A stretch of DNA of 64,000 bases from Phycisphaerales bacterium (GCA_026647365.1 JAPKGW010000001.1:66340-130339); one strand, 5' to 3'. Shown: positions 9,648 through 20,300, counted from the stretch's first letter. The notes: generated by a model from the sequence alone, not told the origin. Numbers and translations are program-made.

Positions 9648-9800
9648 GCGATGCGCCTATTCCACGCAATTCCGTTTGCGGGGCGGTCCTCCCGTGCAGA
9701 GGACCGAACGAAGAGAACATGCGGCGACGAAACGCCAACTCGACACAGGCCGGGCGACGGCAGACAATACCCCCGGCCGGCAGGTGCAGGGAATTGAGCC

Positions 9801-12008
9801 ATGCGTCGTCAGACCTCCAGGCTGACAATTCTGATACCAACGATCGTCTTCTTGACGGTCGCCGGGATGTTCGCCGTTCTCTGGCGGGCCGTACTGGACC
9901 GGGCCGTGGGCGAGATTGACCTGCGCACGGACCTGACGGCTGAGCAGATCGCCTCTCGACTCGCCGAGCACTTCAAGTTCCGCATCGACCTTCTGCGGCG
10001 CATCGCGCACGATTGGGAGACGGGCTACATCAACTCCGCGGAGGATTTCGATCGGTCCGTCCGCTCGGCTCTCTTCGACTCGCCGGAGTTGTCGTCAGTG
10101 GCGTGGCTGGACGAGGCGGGACAGATGCGCTGGGTCGTCTCGTTCGATCCGGAGACCGGGGCAGCGGGGCACAACCTCACGCCCAACGGCCTGGCGCACG
10201 CCGCGTTCCGCAAGGCCGTTGAGACCGGCCGCTGGACCCTCACTCCCCTGCTCGACCTGCGCCCCGGTGAGAACGGCGTGGTCGCATACCTCCCCCTGAG
10301 CGACGAACAGCAGAGCCACGGCGCTTTGAGTACGACGATTCACGCCGGCATGCTCATTGAAGCCTGTCTCGCGTCCTCTGTCAGAGACAATTTCACCTGC
10401 TCCGTGTGGGACGGCGGTGAGTTGATCTATGGTGAAGGGCCTGCCGCGCCGGCGCCCTCCCGATACACGCAAACCCGCCCTGCGATCCTCGGTCAGCGAT
10501 CCTGGGACGTGTCGCTTACGCCCAACGCGGCCATGCTCGGGGACACGCTCACGGGAGGAATCCCGTTGATCATGGTGCTCGGGTTGCTCGCTGCGGGCGG
10601 TCTGGCGTTCGTCTCCGCCCGCCTGCTCACCAGCCAGGCGCGCCTGCGCGAGAACGAAGAGCGCCTTCGCGCGGTGGCCGAACACATCCCCGGAGTCATC
10701 TACTCATACGAATCCACGCCGGGCCGGCCTCGGTCGCTCATCTACCTCGGGCCGGGGCTTGCGTCGATCATCGGCCCGGTCTCCGCTGCAGCCGTGGCGA
10801 AGAAATTCGATCTGCTCTTCGACCGCATTCACCCCGAGGATCGACCGCGGGTTGCTGAGGCCGCGCGGCGCGGCGAAGCAGGCGACGGGACCGTCGATTG
10901 CGAGGCTCGCCTGCAAACCGACGACGGGTCGTATCGCTGGATCCGTTCCCTCAGCCGGCCCCTTCCGATCGATCGCGACGTCACGCGCTGGCACATCGTC
11001 CTCATTGACATCACCGAGCATCGTAAGATCGTCGATGCACTGCGCGAGAGCGAAGAGCGCTACCGCCTGCTCATCGAGTCCAGTCCGGTGGGCGTGATGA
11101 TCCACCGCGACGGCATGTACCAGTTCGTCAATCCCGCCGCGCTGCGCCTGCTGGGCTACGAACGCTCCGAGGACCTCGTGGGGCGGAGCGTCTTCGACAT
11201 CGTCCCGCCTGAGCGCCACGAGGCAATCCGCGCCCGGATCGCTGCCCTGGGCGCTCAAACTCATTCGGTACGCTTCGAGGATGAGCGGCTGCTGCGGCGC
11301 GATGGAAGCATTCTCAACGTGGAGGTCATTGTCAGCACGATCAACTTCGCAGGCGGTCCGGCGAGACAGGTGCTCATTCTGGACGTCACCGAGCAGCGCC
11401 AGGCCGAGCGGCGCCAGCACCTTCTGATGCGCGAACTCGACCACCGCGTCAAGAACAACCTCGCATCGGTTCTCGCGCTCCTCGATCAGACGGCGGCGAG
11501 CACGCGCGACATCGACGAGTTCCGCCGCAAGTTCGCCGATCGCATCAAGGCCATGGCGCGGACCCACGAGATGCTGGCGCGGACGAAGTGGAGCGGCGTG
11601 GACCTCGCGGAGATCGTTCGCCTCTGCATTGCGCCGTACGTCGTCGAACAGGGGCATCGCGTCCGACTCGACGGCCTGCCGATCGTCATCCCGCCACGAC
11701 CCGCTCTTCCCATTGGCCTGGCGCTGCACGAACTCGCCACCAACGCGATCAAGCACGGGTCGCTCTCGACTCCGCAGGGGCGCATCCGCATTTCGTGGGA
11801 ACGGCACGACGGGCACATCCAACTTCATTGGGTCGAGGCGGATGGACCGCCGGCCGCCACGCCGCGCGACCACGGCACCGGTTTGCGCCTCGTGCGCGGC
11901 CTGGTCGAGTTTGAACTCGGCGGCACGGTGGACTTTCAGTTCAATCCCGAAGGCCTGGAGTGCATGCTCTCGATCGACGCCGCAGCCTTCACGGACGAGA
12001 CCCGCTGA
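9801..12008 (+). CDS. membrane sensor histidine kinase: periplasmic domain, two PAS domains, HWE/HisKA_2 kinase core
   Basis: 735 aa. TM1 is LTILIPTIVFLTVAGMFAVLW and TM2 is IPLIMVLGLLAAGGLAFV. PAS-like segments are present (YRWIRSLSRP, ESEERYRLLIESSPVGVMIH). The H-box is ELDHRVKNNLASV, the N-box is HELATNAIKHG, the HWE-type block is LHWVEADGPP, and GTGLRLV follows. No response regulator is adjacent. Confidence 0.9.
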   Translation: MRRQTSRLTILIPTIVFLTVAGMFAVLWRAVLDRAVGEIDLRTDLTAEQIASRLAEHFKFRIDLLRRIAHDWETGYINSAEDFDRSVRSALFDSPELSSVAWLDEAGQMRWVVSFDPETGAAGHNLTPNGLAHAAFRKAVETGRWTLTPLLDLRPGENGVVAYLPLSDEQQSHGALSTTIHAGMLIEACLASSVRDNFTCSVWDGGELIYGEGPAAPAPSRYTQTRPAILGQRSWDVSLTPNAAMLGDTLTGGIPLIMVLGLLAAGGLAFVSARLLTSQARLRENEERLRAVAEHIPGVIYSYESTPGRPRSLIYLGPGLASIIGPVSAAAVAKKFDLLFDRIHPEDRPRVAEAARRGEAGDGTVDCEARLQTDDGSYRWIRSLSRPLPIDRDVTRWHIVLIDITEHRKIVDALRESEERYRLLIESSPVGVMIHRDGMYQFVNPAALRLLGYERSEDLVGRSVFDIVPPERHEAIRARIAALGAQTHSVRFEDERLLRRDGSILNVEVIVSTINFAGGPARQVLILDVTEQRQAERRQHLLMRELDHRVKNNLASVLALLDQTAASTRDIDEFRRKFADRIKAMARTHEMLARTKWSGVDLAEIVRLCIAPYVVEQGHRVRLDGLPIVIPPRPALPIGLALHELATNAIKHGSLSTPQGRIRISWERHDGHIQLHWVEADGPPAATPRDHGTGLRLVRGLVEFELGGTVDFQFNPEGLECMLSIDAAAFTDETR

Positions 12009-12143
12009 CGGCGCGCCAAACACGCCCGGTCCGGGGAGTGTGTCGTCCAGGATCGTGGCATGGATGTTGGTCGACACGAGTGCCGGGTCAGAACCGTGAG
12101 ACATCACTGAATTCAGACCTCGCCGCATCCCAACCGCCCCGGA

Positions 12144-12236
12144 AAACAAACGGGACAGGTACATTTTATGTCGTTGATTATCAAGCAGTTAGGCAGCGTT
12201 TCCGGGCAGAAATAAATGTACCTGTCCCGTTTGTTT
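12144..12236. repeat. 93-nt hairpin repeat with a perfect 23-bp inverted repeat and 47-nt spacer; solo member of the repeat family that flanks the transposase at 60.2-61.3 kb
   Basis: AAACAAACGGGACAGGTACATTT (12144..12166) and its exact reverse complement AAATGTACCTGTCCCGTTTGTTT (12214..12236) are separated by an AT-rich 47-nt spacer. It sits in the convergent gap between the kinase stop (12008) and the malic enzyme stop (12246). Confidence 0.95.
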
Positions 12237-12245
12237 CACGGACAC

Positions 12246-13937
12246 TCAGGCGGCGTACTCCGGGTACCACATCATCGACGCCACCGCATCTTCGATCGAC
12301 TCGTCGCGGAGCAGGCGGCCGAGGTCGAGGCGCTTGGCTTCTCGCACGACGGCGACGGCGATGCGCCGGGACACCTCGCGCAGGTCGCTTTGATCGGGAT
12401 ACAGCGCCCCTGCGGCAAGGCGATCGGCGGAGATGCACTCCGCCAGCGTGCGGGCGGCGATGAGGAACATCGAGTCCGTTACCTGGCGCGCCTCGGAGAC
12501 GATGCACCCCAGCCCGACGCCGGGAAAGACGAAAACGTTGTTGCCCTGCCCGATGACGTGGCGCCGTCCTTCGTATTCGACAGGCGCGAAGGGGCTGCCC
12601 GTCGCGACCAGCGCCCGTCCCTCCGTCCAGCGGATCACCTCTTCCGGTGTACACTCGGCCTTGGACGTCGGGTTGGAGAAGGGCATGACAATCGGCCGCG
12701 GCGCGTGGCGCGCCATCTCGCGGATGATTTCCTCCCGGAACACACCCGGCTCGGCCGTCGTCCCGATGAGAATGGTCGGCCTGATGTTCGCCACTACGGC
12801 GTCAAGATCGAACGGTCCTTCGCCGCGCAGGCCACACCTTTCCATGTCTTCCCGCGTCCAGGCAAAGGCCCGCTTGTGCGCGTCGCGGATCATGCGATCA
12901 GTGAAGATCAGTCCGCGGCTGTCGAGGAACGCCTGGGCACGGCGGATCGTCGTCTCATCGGCGCCTTCTTCGCGCATCGCGTCGCGCACGAGCCGCCCGA
13001 TGCCGATCCCCGCCGCGCCTGCGCCGAGGTAGACGATGCGCTGATCGCTGAGCCGCTCGCCCGTCGTGCGCAGGGCCGCGAGGATGCCGGCCAGCGCCAC
13101 CGCCGACGTGCCCTGTATGTCATCATTGAAACTCGTCACGCGCAGCCGGTAACGGTCGAGCACCTGGAATGCAATGTTCTTGTGGAAGTCCTCCCACTGA
13201 AGCAGCGCCCTCGGGAACACGGCGGCGACGGCCTCCACGAATCGCTCGATGAACTCCTCGTAGGGCTGGCCGCGAAGTCGCCTGTGCCGCCATCCACGGT
13301 AATAGGGGTCGTTGAGCAGTTCGGCGTTGTCTGTGCCCACGTCGAGGCTGATGGGCAGGCACAGCGAAGGATGAATGCCCGCCGCCGCCGTGTAGAGCGA
13401 GAGTTTCCCGACGGGAATCCCCATACCGCCTGCGCCCTGGTCGCCCAGGCCGAGAATCCGCTCATTGTCCGTCGCCACAATCAGGCGGATGTTCTCATCC
13501 GGCGCGTTGCGAAGGAGGTCGGGGATGCGGTCAATGTCCTCGGGCGTGATCCACAGGCCGCGCGGCTGGCGCATGATGTGGCTGTAACGCTGACACGCGA
13601 GCCCCACCACCGGCGTGTAAACGATCGGCATCAGCTCCGGAAGATTCTCAATGAGCACCCGGTAGAAGAGCGTCTCATTCCGTTCGCGCAGCGCATCGAG
13701 GCCGATGAACTTCTCGAGGTCATCGCGCTTGTCGCGGAGATGTTCGAGTTCAAGGCTGACCTGCTCCTCGATGCTCTGGACGGCGCTCGGCAGCAGGCCG
13801 CGCAGCCTGTACGCATCGCGCTCCTCTGGCGTGAACGCGCAGTCCTTGTTGCGGCGCGGGTCGCGGAGCAGGTTCTTGCCTGTGAGGTCTGAATCGACGG
13901 ATCGTGGACGTCGGGCCGGAGTCTGCAGGAGCGCCAT
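12246..13937 (-). CDS. maeA: NAD(P)-dependent malic enzyme (large, MaeA/SfcA type)
   Basis: The track ORF extends to 14249. I start at ATG 13937 ([10 protein letters not shown], with GGAAGGA upstream), giving 563 aa. Motifs seen: [79 protein letters not shown]. Confidence 0.92.
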   Translation of the reverse strand: MALLQTPARRPRSVDSDLTGKNLLRDPRRNKDCAFTPEERDAYRLRGLLPSAVQSIEEQVSLELEHLRDKRDDLEKFIGLDALRERNETLFYRVLIENLPELMPIVYTPVVGLACQRYSHIMRQPRGLWITPEDIDRIPDLLRNAPDENIRLIVATDNERILGLGDQGAGGMGIPVGKLSLYTAAAGIHPSLCLPISLDVGTDNAELLNDPYYRGWRHRRLRGQPYEEFIERFVEAVAAVFPRALLQWEDFHKNIAFQVLDRYRLRVTSFNDDIQGTSAVALAGILAALRTTGERLSDQRIVYLGAGAAGIGIGRLVRDAMREEGADETTIRRAQAFLDSRGLIFTDRMIRDAHKRAFAWTREDMERCGLRGEGPFDLDAVVANIRPTILIGTTAEPGVFREEIIREMARHAPRPIVMPFSNPTSKAECTPEEVIRWTEGRALVATGSPFAPVEYEGRRHVIGQGNNVFVFPGVGLGCIVSEARQVTDSMFLIAARTLAECISADRLAAGALYPDQSDLREVSRRIAVAVVREAKRLDLGRLLRDESIEDAVASMMWYPEYAA

Positions 13938-14205
13938 GGCGGGTTCCTTCCGGTCAAGGCAGGCGCCGGCTTTGGATTGCCGAAACGGCGCGCGTGACCA
14001 GTCCATTGTTCGCCCGGCTGCTGAGAAGGCGAACAGGAAAGCCGCCCTGATTCGACTCGCGCTGTTGATCCGCCTCGGCCGGGCGGGCGCCCAGCCGCCC
14101 ACTGGACTGAAGCGCCTGCAATCGGGCCGGTACGGACAATACCCCTTCATTGAGCACGAGGCGCCGCGCGTTGGCCTTGCGCTCCGGCGGGCGTTACCCT
14201 TGAAC

Positions 14206-14664
14206 ATGAGCGACGCGCTTGAGAGGCCTTCGTGCCTCTCGATCATCATCTCCGACGCCGTCTACCGCGACGAGATCACCAAGAAACTCATCATCGTCGG
14301 AACGTTCAACACGATCCACGCGCAGAAGTTCCCCCACCGGCACGATCACATGAACGTCCTCTTCTCGCTCACCAGCGGGCGGCGGACCTACGACGTGGCT
14401 CTCGCCATCGAGCACGGCGCGTCGGGAACCTCGATCACGGAGATTCACGGCCCGATGCGTCTCGACAATCCGCTGCACATCACCGACGTCAACGTCGAGT
14501 TGCGCAACCTCGAGTATCCTGAGCCGGGCAAGTACTGGGTCACGCTCAAGGTGGACGGCGAGATCATCTGCCAGCGGCCGTTCATGGTGGCCGGGCCGGG
14601 CGCGACGCCCGCCGCACCGCCTCAGCAACTCGGTGAGGACGAACCCGCGCCCGGCGACGCATGA
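14206..14664 (+). CDS. hypothetical protein (152 aa) with Pro/Ala-rich tail
   Basis: This is the first ATG downstream of the divergent malic enzyme start. The sequence [64 protein letters not shown] has protein-like composition. I recognise no family motif. Confidence 0.55.
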   Translation: MSDALERPSCLSIIISDAVYRDEITKKLIIVGTFNTIHAQKFPHRHDHMNVLFSLTSGRRTYDVALAIEHGASGTSITEIHGPMRLDNPLHITDVNVELRNLEYPEPGKYWVTLKVDGEIICQRPFMVAGPGATPAAPPQQLGEDEPAPGDA

Positions 14665-14757
14665 GGCCCGCGGGGTGGACGAAAGGTGAATCGCGGCCCG
14701 CGCCCCGGCGATCTATGATCCGCTCATGCCGCAACGCAGCGGCCACCGGCGACAACC

Positions 14758-15714
14758 ATGCCTGCGACACGAATGATTGCGTTCATGAACCAGAAGGGCG
14801 GCGTGGGAAAGACGACCACGGCCGTCAACCTCGCCGCCGCCCTCGCGCAAAGCGGCCGCAGCGTCGGCGTCATCGACCTTGATCCGCAGGCCCATCTCAC
14901 GCTCCACTTCGGGGCCGAAGTCGCGCCCGGCTCGCCGAGCGTCTATGACGTGCTCGTTGACGAAGGCACGCCCGTTGACGAGGCCGTAATGCGCGTAACC
15001 GAGCGGCTGCTCCTTCTGCCCGCGGAGACGGACCTCGCCGGCGCCGAAGTTGAACTGGCCGGCCTGCCCGACCGTACGCTGCGCCTGGCACGGAAGTGCG
15101 CAGAGTCCTCGATGCTGCGCGGCCTGGACTTTCTGCTCATCGACTGTCCGCCGAGCCTTGGGCTGCTCACGCTCAATGCGCTCGTCCTCGCACGCGAGGT
15201 CATGGTGCCGATGCAGGCCCACTTCCTCGCGCTCCAGGGCCTGAGCAAACTCCTCGAGACGGTCTCGCTCGTAAGCCGCGGCGTCAATCCGGACCTGCGC
15301 GTCACAGGCATCCTGCTGTGCATGTACGAGGGGCAGACGCGGCTGGCGGCGGAGGTCGTCGGCGACCTCGAGACGTACCTGGAGAGTCATCGCGGGGAGG
15401 CTGTGCCGTGGCGCGACTGCCGAGTGCTGCGCCCGGCCATCCGGCGCAACATCAAGCTCGCTGAGTGCCCCAGTTTCGGGCGCTCCATCTTCGATTACGA
15501 CGCCCACTGCCCCGGCGCGGAGGATTACCTCGCCCTGGCGCAGAATCTCACCGTTGAAGCGGAGCCTTCGGTGAACGGGGAGACGGCGGAGCGAGCCGCA
15601 GGCATCGAAACCGCGCACGACATCGAGCCGCCTGTGGTTGTGACTTCGGTGCAGGGCGCCGCCGCTGCCGCACCCGCACCACAGGGGTCGGGTCACGCGG
15701 CCGAGGCGCCATGA
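14758..15714 (+). CDS. ParA/Soj-family P-loop ATPase with extended C-terminal tail
   Basis: It carries the deviant Walker A NQKGGVGKTTTAVNLAAAL, plus IDLDPQ and FLLIDCPPSLG. The C-terminal ~60 aa is a low-complexity Ala/Pro tail. No parB-like gene is adjacent. Confidence 0.9.
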   Translation: MPATRMIAFMNQKGGVGKTTTAVNLAAALAQSGRSVGVIDLDPQAHLTLHFGAEVAPGSPSVYDVLVDEGTPVDEAVMRVTERLLLLPAETDLAGAEVELAGLPDRTLRLARKCAESSMLRGLDFLLIDCPPSLGLLTLNALVLAREVMVPMQAHFLALQGLSKLLETVSLVSRGVNPDLRVTGILLCMYEGQTRLAAEVVGDLETYLESHRGEAVPWRDCRVLRPAIRRNIKLAECPSFGRSIFDYDAHCPGAEDYLALAQNLTVEAEPSVNGETAERAAGIETAHDIEPPVVVTSVQGAAAAAPAPQGSGHAAEAP

Positions 15715-16157
15715 TCCGCGCCCTGGTCGAGCAGATGGAGCGCGTGAGCCGCAGCGCCTGGCGCCGCATCACGCTCATCTACTGGCTGGCGCTGACGGCG
15801 GGGACACACTGGCCGAAACTTCGCATCGGCGCGCCCGGCCCGATCCCGGTTGACAAGATTCTCCATGCGCTGGCCTTCGCGGGTCTCGCCGGCCTGCTCA
15901 TGCTCACGCGCCTTCTCGACCGGCAGACTCCGCGCGCGTTCGCCGCGCGCAACATCAACCGGGCCGCCGCCGCCGCGCTGGCCCTGGCCGCCATTGACGA
16001 GTTGACGCAATACTGGCCCGCGCTCGACCGCTTCGCGCGATTCGACGACTTCGTCGCCGACGTCATCGGCGTCGCGGCGGCGTGGTGCGTGGCGATGCTC
16101 GTCTTCCGCCGTGCCGGGGGCGACCATGATCCTGCGGGAAGCCGAACGCATGGGTAG
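15711..16157 (+). CDS. VanZ-like membrane protein
   Basis: 148 aa. DKILHALAFAGLAGLL and AIDELTQYWPALDRFARFDDFVADVIGV fit the VanZ family pattern (DK..H, DE..Q, R....D). Its ATG overlaps the ParA stop (ATGA). Confidence 0.65.
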   Translation: MIRALVEQMERVSRSAWRRITLIYWLALTAGTHWPKLRIGAPGPIPVDKILHALAFAGLAGLLMLTRLLDRQTPRAFAARNINRAAAAALALAAIDELTQYWPALDRFARFDDFVADVIGVAAAWCVAMLVFRRAGGDHDPAGSRTHG

Positions 16158-16184
16158 GCAGCGCATCCGGCAGCGGAGCTCAAT

Positions 16185-19100
16185 CTAAGACACCTGCTGC
16201 CACACCTTGTCCAGCCGCTGCGGGGAGATTCGTTCGGCGGTGCCGAGGTCCTGGGCGAAGAGTGAGATGCGCAGTTCCTCGATGAGCCAGCGGTACTCCA
16301 CGAGTCGGGGATCGACCGGTTGATTCGGATCGCGCGCGGAGAGCGCCTGTGCGAGGCGGGCGAGGTGGAGTTCAATCGTCTGCCGATGCTGGGCGTCGCG
16401 CGGCAGGCCGGCGCCACTGAGACGATCGAGGCGGCGCAGCATTCCCGCCAGGTAGCGTGGCACATGGCGCAGACGCTCAAGCGGCGTGGTGCGCAGAAAA
16501 TCCGCCGGCAGCAGGTCAGTAAGTTGCATCCTGAGGTCGTCGAGAATCGGCTTCCACGTCGGCGGGGCCGGCTTGCCCAGGCGCAGTTCAACCTCGTGCC
16601 GGGCCGCGAGGATCGGCTCGATGAGCGAGCAGATGCTGAACATCGCCTCGCCGACGCGATTCCAGCCATCGTTGAGCCGTGCATCGAACGCTTCGCGCTT
16701 TCGCGGGATCGATCCGTCGCCAAGAAATGCCTCCTGCGCTGCAATCTCGATGATCTGTTCGTGCAGCAGGCTCGCCGGGCCGAGCGAGGCAAAGAGGAGT
16801 TTGAGCCGATTGAGTTGCGGCATCGACCTGAGTTGATGCCGCAACTCTTCCTGCGAGGCGATGACGTAGAGCCTTCGCACGCCGAGCCGGCTCGCCGCAA
16901 GCGCCGCGGCCGCCGAGTCGAGAATGGTCAGGCGCACCGATGATCCCTCATCGATCAGCGCCGGGTAGGCCGTTACGCTCATCCCGCCGCGCTTGAGTTC
17001 GACAGTCTCGCTCAGTTCGCCGAAGTCCCACGACGTGATTCCCGATCGCGAGAAGCGTTCATCGGAGAGGGACTGGAGTTGCGAGCGGACCTTGCCGGCG
17101 AGATCGCGTCGGAGTTGTTCGATGTCGCGCCCTTCGCCGATGACATGGGCGCGGCGATCGACGATTCGGAAGTTCATCTGAAGGTGGCGGTCGAGCCTTT
17201 CGGCCTGAAAGTCGCCGGGCCGCACCGGCACGCCGCGCAGGGCAAGCAGTTGCGCCGCCAGCGCCTCCTCGAATCTGCGGCCGTCGGGCGTCATCGCCTC
17301 GGCGCAGGCTCTCGCGTAGTCGGCGGCGGGCAGAAAGGCCGTGCGCGTACTCTTGGGCAGCGACTTGATCAGCGCGGTGATCTTCTCGAGGCGCATGCCC
17401 GGCACGAGCCAGGTGAAGGGAGCCGCGTCAATCTCGTGAAGCGCTTCAACGGGGACGATCGCCGTCACGCCGTCGTCCGCCGCGCCGGGTTCGTGGACGT
17501 AGCGCAGCGCCAGCGTGTGCCCGCCGACGGTCATGCGGTCGGGGAAGTCGGCAGCGCTGCGCTCGACCTGCACGAGGTCTTCGCGCTTCATGTGGAGGAG
17601 TCGCGGCGTGCGGCTCTGGGCCTCCTTCCACCACTTCTCAAAGGTCGCGCCGCTGTAGACATCCGCGGGCAGACGCTGATCGTAAAACGCGAATCGCTGC
17701 TGCACGTCGACGAGCACATCGCGCTTGCGGACCTTGCTCTCGACCTTCTCGACCTCGGCGACGAGTTGGCGATTGTGTTCGAGGAAAGGCGCCTTGGTGC
17801 GCCACTCGCCTTCGACGAGGGCGTGATGGATGAAGAGTTCGCGCGAGCCCCCGGGCTCGATCGGGCCGTAGTGAACGCGGCGGCCGGAGGCGATGTCCAG
17901 GCCGTACAGCGAGACCCGCTCCGACGCCGTAACCTGGGCATTACTCTCGTTCCACGCGGGCTCGGAATAGTGCCGCTTGACGAGGTGGCCGGCGAGGGAC
18001 TCGATCCACTGCGGCTGAATCTTCGCCACGCAGCGGGCGTAGAGGCGCGTCGTTTCGACGATCTCCGCGGCCATGATCCACGCCGGACTCTTTCTGAACT
18101 GGCCTGAGCCGGGGAAGATGAAGAACTTCGTGCCGTGAGCTCCGGTGTATTCGTGTCCGTCGGTGCGCAGGCCGATGTTGCTCAGCAGGCCGCTGAGCAC
18201 GGCGCGGTGGACGGCGTCGTAGGCGGCCGGTTCGGTGTTGAGGCGCAGCCTGGACTCGATCGCCACTTCGCGCAGTTGCGTGTGGATGTCGTGCCACTCG
18301 CGCATGCGCATGAAGTTGACGTGGTTCTGGCGGCACCAGTGCCGGGCCTTGCTGTGGGAGAGTCGCCGCGCCTCGTCGTGGTAGGCCTGCCAGAGATTGA
18401 CGAACATGAGAAAGTCGGAGTCCTCATGCGCAAAGCGGGCGTGCGCCGCGTCGGCTTTCTCCTGCTGATCGTGCGGCCTCTCTCGCGGATCAGGAATGGA
18501 AAGTGCGGCGGCGATGACGAGCACCTCCGCCATGCAGTGCTCGCGGTCGGCTTCGATGATCATCCGGCCGAGGCGCGGATCGATGGGCAGACGCGCCAGG
18601 TCGCGGCCGAGGTCGGTCAACTCGTTGTGGGCGTCGACGGCGCCGAGTTCGTGCAGGGTCTGATACCCGTCTCGAATCATGCGCGCCGTCGGCCGCTCAA
18701 TGAATGGAAAGCGCTCCACGTCGCCCAGGCGCAGCGCCTTCATCTGCAGAATCACCGCGGCAAGATTGGTGCGGAGAATCTCCGGCTCGGTGAACTCCGG
18801 GCGCGCGTTGAAGTCGCTCTCCGAGTAGAGCCGCACGCACACGCCCGGCTCGATGCGTCCGCAGCGCCCCTTGCGCTGCTCGGCGCTGGCGCGTGAGATC
18901 GCCTCGATGGGCAGGCGCTGCACCTTGGTGCGCGAGGAGTAGCGGCTGATGCGGGCGCTGCCGGGATCGACGACGCAGCGGATGCCCGGCACCGTCACCG
19001 ACGTCTCCGCCACGTTGGTCGCGAGGACGATGCGCCGCTGCTGGTGCGGCTGGAAGATGCGGCTCTGCTCAGCGCTGCTGAGGCGCGAGTAGAGCGGCAG

Positions 19101-20081
19101 AACGTCGATGCCGCGCCCGCTCAGGTGGCGCAAGGCCTTCGCCGCCTCGCGGATCTCGCGCTCGCCGCTGAGGAAGACCAGAATGTCGCCGCGCTCGCTC
19201 TGCACGAGTTCATCGACGGTGCTCACGACCGCGTCGATCAGGTCCGGGGCCTCGTCGTCCCCCGCCTCCGCCACCATCGGCCGGTAGCGCACCTCGACAG
19301 GATACGTGCGGCCGGAGACTTCGATGATCGGCGCATCATTGAAGTGCTCGCTGAAGCGCTGCGGGTCGATCGTCGCGGAGGTGATGATGATCTTGAGGTC
19401 GGGACGTCGCGGCAGGAGTTGCCTGATGTAGCCGAGAAGGAAGTCGATGTTGAGGCTGCGTTCATGGGCTTCGTCGATGATGATCGTGTCGTAGGCGTCG
19501 AGGAAGCGGTCGCTTTGCGTTTCAGCCAGCAGGATGCCGTCCGTCATGATCTTGATGAGCGTGGCATCGCTGGTCTGGTCGCTGAAGCGGATCTTGCAGC
19601 CGACCTGTTTGCCGACCGGGACGCGAAGTTCCTCGGCGATTCGTGCGGCCACGGTGCGCGCGGCGACTCGGCGCGGCTGGGTGTGGCCGATCATGCCCGT
19701 CACGCCGCGTCCGAGTTCGAGGCAGATCTTGGGCAGTTGGGTCGTCTTGCCCGAGCCGGTCTCGCCGCAGAGGACGATGACGGGGTGGGCGGCGATGGCG
19801 GCGGCGATTTCCTCGCGCCTCTGAACAACCGGAAGTTCCGCTGGATAGATCACGCGCGGTACGGCATTCCGCCGCGCGGCGGCGCGCTCGATCGACTTGC
19901 GGATGTCGGCATTGAGGGAGTCGATCGTGTCGGCTCCCCGCACCGGCCGGCGCCCCGGTTGTCGTGCCGATCTCGCCTCCGCCCCGCCCGACAAGGCGCG
20001 CAGCCGCTGCACGAAGCGATGCCGGTCGCATCGCATGCACTCTTGAATCATCTGGTCGAGGCTCGTCGCCGGTTGAGGCAT
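16185..20081 (-). CDS. hrpA: ATP-dependent RNA helicase HrpA (DEAH-box)
   Basis: The track ORF (1508 aa) has an implausible N-terminal extension. I start at ATG 20081 (MPQPATSLDQMIQECM), giving 1298 aa. Motifs seen: GETGSGKTTQLPK, DEAHERS, TSATID, TNVAETSVT, QRKGRCGR. Confidence 0.92.
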   Translation of the reverse strand: MPQPATSLDQMIQECMRCDRHRFVQRLRALSGGAEARSARQPGRRPVRGADTIDSLNADIRKSIERAAARRNAVPRVIYPAELPVVQRREEIAAAIAAHPVIVLCGETGSGKTTQLPKICLELGRGVTGMIGHTQPRRVAARTVAARIAEELRVPVGKQVGCKIRFSDQTSDATLIKIMTDGILLAETQSDRFLDAYDTIIIDEAHERSLNIDFLLGYIRQLLPRRPDLKIIITSATIDPQRFSEHFNDAPIIEVSGRTYPVEVRYRPMVAEAGDDEAPDLIDAVVSTVDELVQSERGDILVFLSGEREIREAAKALRHLSGRGIDVLPLYSRLSSAEQSRIFQPHQQRRIVLATNVAETSVTVPGIRCVVDPGSARISRYSSRTKVQRLPIEAISRASAEQRKGRCGRIEPGVCVRLYSESDFNARPEFTEPEILRTNLAAVILQMKALRLGDVERFPFIERPTARMIRDGYQTLHELGAVDAHNELTDLGRDLARLPIDPRLGRMIIEADREHCMAEVLVIAAALSIPDPRERPHDQQEKADAAHARFAHEDSDFLMFVNLWQAYHDEARRLSHSKARHWCRQNHVNFMRMREWHDIHTQLREVAIESRLRLNTEPAAYDAVHRAVLSGLLSNIGLRTDGHEYTGAHGTKFFIFPGSGQFRKSPAWIMAAEIVETTRLYARCVAKIQPQWIESLAGHLVKRHYSEPAWNESNAQVTASERVSLYGLDIASGRRVHYGPIEPGGSRELFIHHALVEGEWRTKAPFLEHNRQLVAEVEKVESKVRKRDVLVDVQQRFAFYDQRLPADVYSGATFEKWWKEAQSRTPRLLHMKREDLVQVERSAADFPDRMTVGGHTLALRYVHEPGAADDGVTAIVPVEALHEIDAAPFTWLVPGMRLEKITALIKSLPKSTRTAFLPAADYARACAEAMTPDGRRFEEALAAQLLALRGVPVRPGDFQAERLDRHLQMNFRIVDRRAHVIGEGRDIEQLRRDLAGKVRSQLQSLSDERFSRSGITSWDFGELSETVELKRGGMSVTAYPALIDEGSSVRLTILDSAAAALAASRLGVRRLYVIASQEELRHQLRSMPQLNRLKLLFASLGPASLLHEQIIEIAAQEAFLGDGSIPRKREAFDARLNDGWNRVGEAMFSICSLIEPILAARHEVELRLGKPAPPTWKPILDDLRMQLTDLLPADFLRTTPLERLRHVPRYLAGMLRRLDRLSGAGLPRDAQHRQTIELHLARLAQALSARDPNQPVDPRLVEYRWLIEELRISLFAQDLGTAERISPQRLDKVWQQVS

Positions 20082-20300
20082 GGAAGCCTTCCGAAAAGTG
20101 GCCGCAGATTGTAAGGGGATTGAAGTGCGCGCGTGACGGGATGGCATGACTTCGCGGCCGCGGCGAACCCGAAGCGTGAGCGAGGAGCCTCGGCGCGCAG
20201 CGACGGCTAGACACCGTCCTCGCCGGCGCGTCGGCCTAGTGTCAGGAACCCGGGCGGCTAACCTTGAGCAGCAGAAACGATCACGCAAGGGGAGATCGTC

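Noticed and set aside
10704-13892. ORFs 10704..12164(-) (486 aa) and 12216..13892(+) (558 aa)
   Set aside because: They are antisense shadows of the HWE kinase and the malic enzyme. Both also read through the 93-nt hairpin repeat, which is where the recurring NGTGTF peptide strings come from.
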